The translations under genes and the position numbers were made by a program. This document shows, piece after piece, positions 63,465-64,000 of a stretch of DNA of 64,000 nt. The notes beneath the pieces were generated by a model, which searched no databases, had not been told where the DNA came from, and saw only the letters and a list, made by a program, of their open reading frames with translations. Origin of the DNA: Heterodontus francisci. Lineage: Eukaryota. How positions within the stretch are numbered: the first letter of the stretch is position 1; each line of letters begins with the position of its first letter. The stretch is from the NCBI RefSeq assembly GCF_036365525.1, contig NC_090373.1:40649590-40713589 (forward strand), written 5' to 3'.

Positions 63465-64000
63465 CTGGAAACACAAAAGGTGTATTCTCTGTTGAATTCC
63501 AACACTCATATAACTACAACATAAATATCAATGGAAAAGTCACAATTGCTCGAAAACTGGAATAACAGAATTGTCAGAAAGCTTCAACTGCAAGATCCCA
63601 TCTAAAATATTAACCTTAGTCCATCTTTCCTTTTGTGATGCTCGTTGATGTTGCATGACTCACGTGTTCACTTCTTAAGAAGGTGACACAGATTCTTAGT
63701 TAACTTATTCATTCATCATCATTATTAATTAATGCCTCGGTGACAATGAGTTAATCACACTCCAGCGGCTGCTCCACTGGCTTGTGCTATTTTTGTCCAT
63801 CACTTGGCACTCTCTCAGGGTCCACTGCAATGCAACCCAGCATTTCAGCAACTCAGAAACAAGAACTCATTTCAGAGGGCCATAATATTTGTTAAATTCC
63901 AAAGAAGTTAATTGCTGAATCAATTACAGAACCATTGCACTGGCGGGAAGCCATTACCTCCCCCTCCCCCACAAAAAAAGACCTCAAGCCAGATATAATA

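Overview
Vertebrate genomic DNA, most likely from a shark or other elasmobranch (HE1-type V-SINEs, Deu-SINEs, CR1/L2/RTE LINEs, Neptune-type Penelope elements and HARBI1-like Harbinger transposons). The whole window lies inside a minus-strand CSMD-family gene, best matching CSMD1. Two consecutive Sushi/CCP exons are present (63276-63464 and 33668-33853; phase 1-1, canonical AG/GT). They are separated by a ~29.4 kb intron and followed by an intron of at least 33.6 kb that is almost entirely repeats, including an ~8.6 kb 18-bp satellite with higher-order units. The most striking structure is one Penelope-like (PLE) retroelement family inserted five times. Four insertions are back-to-back inverted pairs (both 3' ends pointing outward) bracketed by 14-15 bp target-site duplications. 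They range from ~155 bp to a 2.9 kb near-perfect palindrome, and most arms carry a minimal variant hammerhead-ribozyme motif. Other notable items are an orphan syntrophin (SNTB1-like) PDZ fragment next to a near full-length RTE, a 49-nt RTE stub that coincides with the element's 3' hairpin, two-gene Harbinger remnants with TAA-flanked MITEs, and a strong CTCF-like motif. Repeat-family calls come from recognised motifs, not database searches. Most repeat boundaries are approximate.
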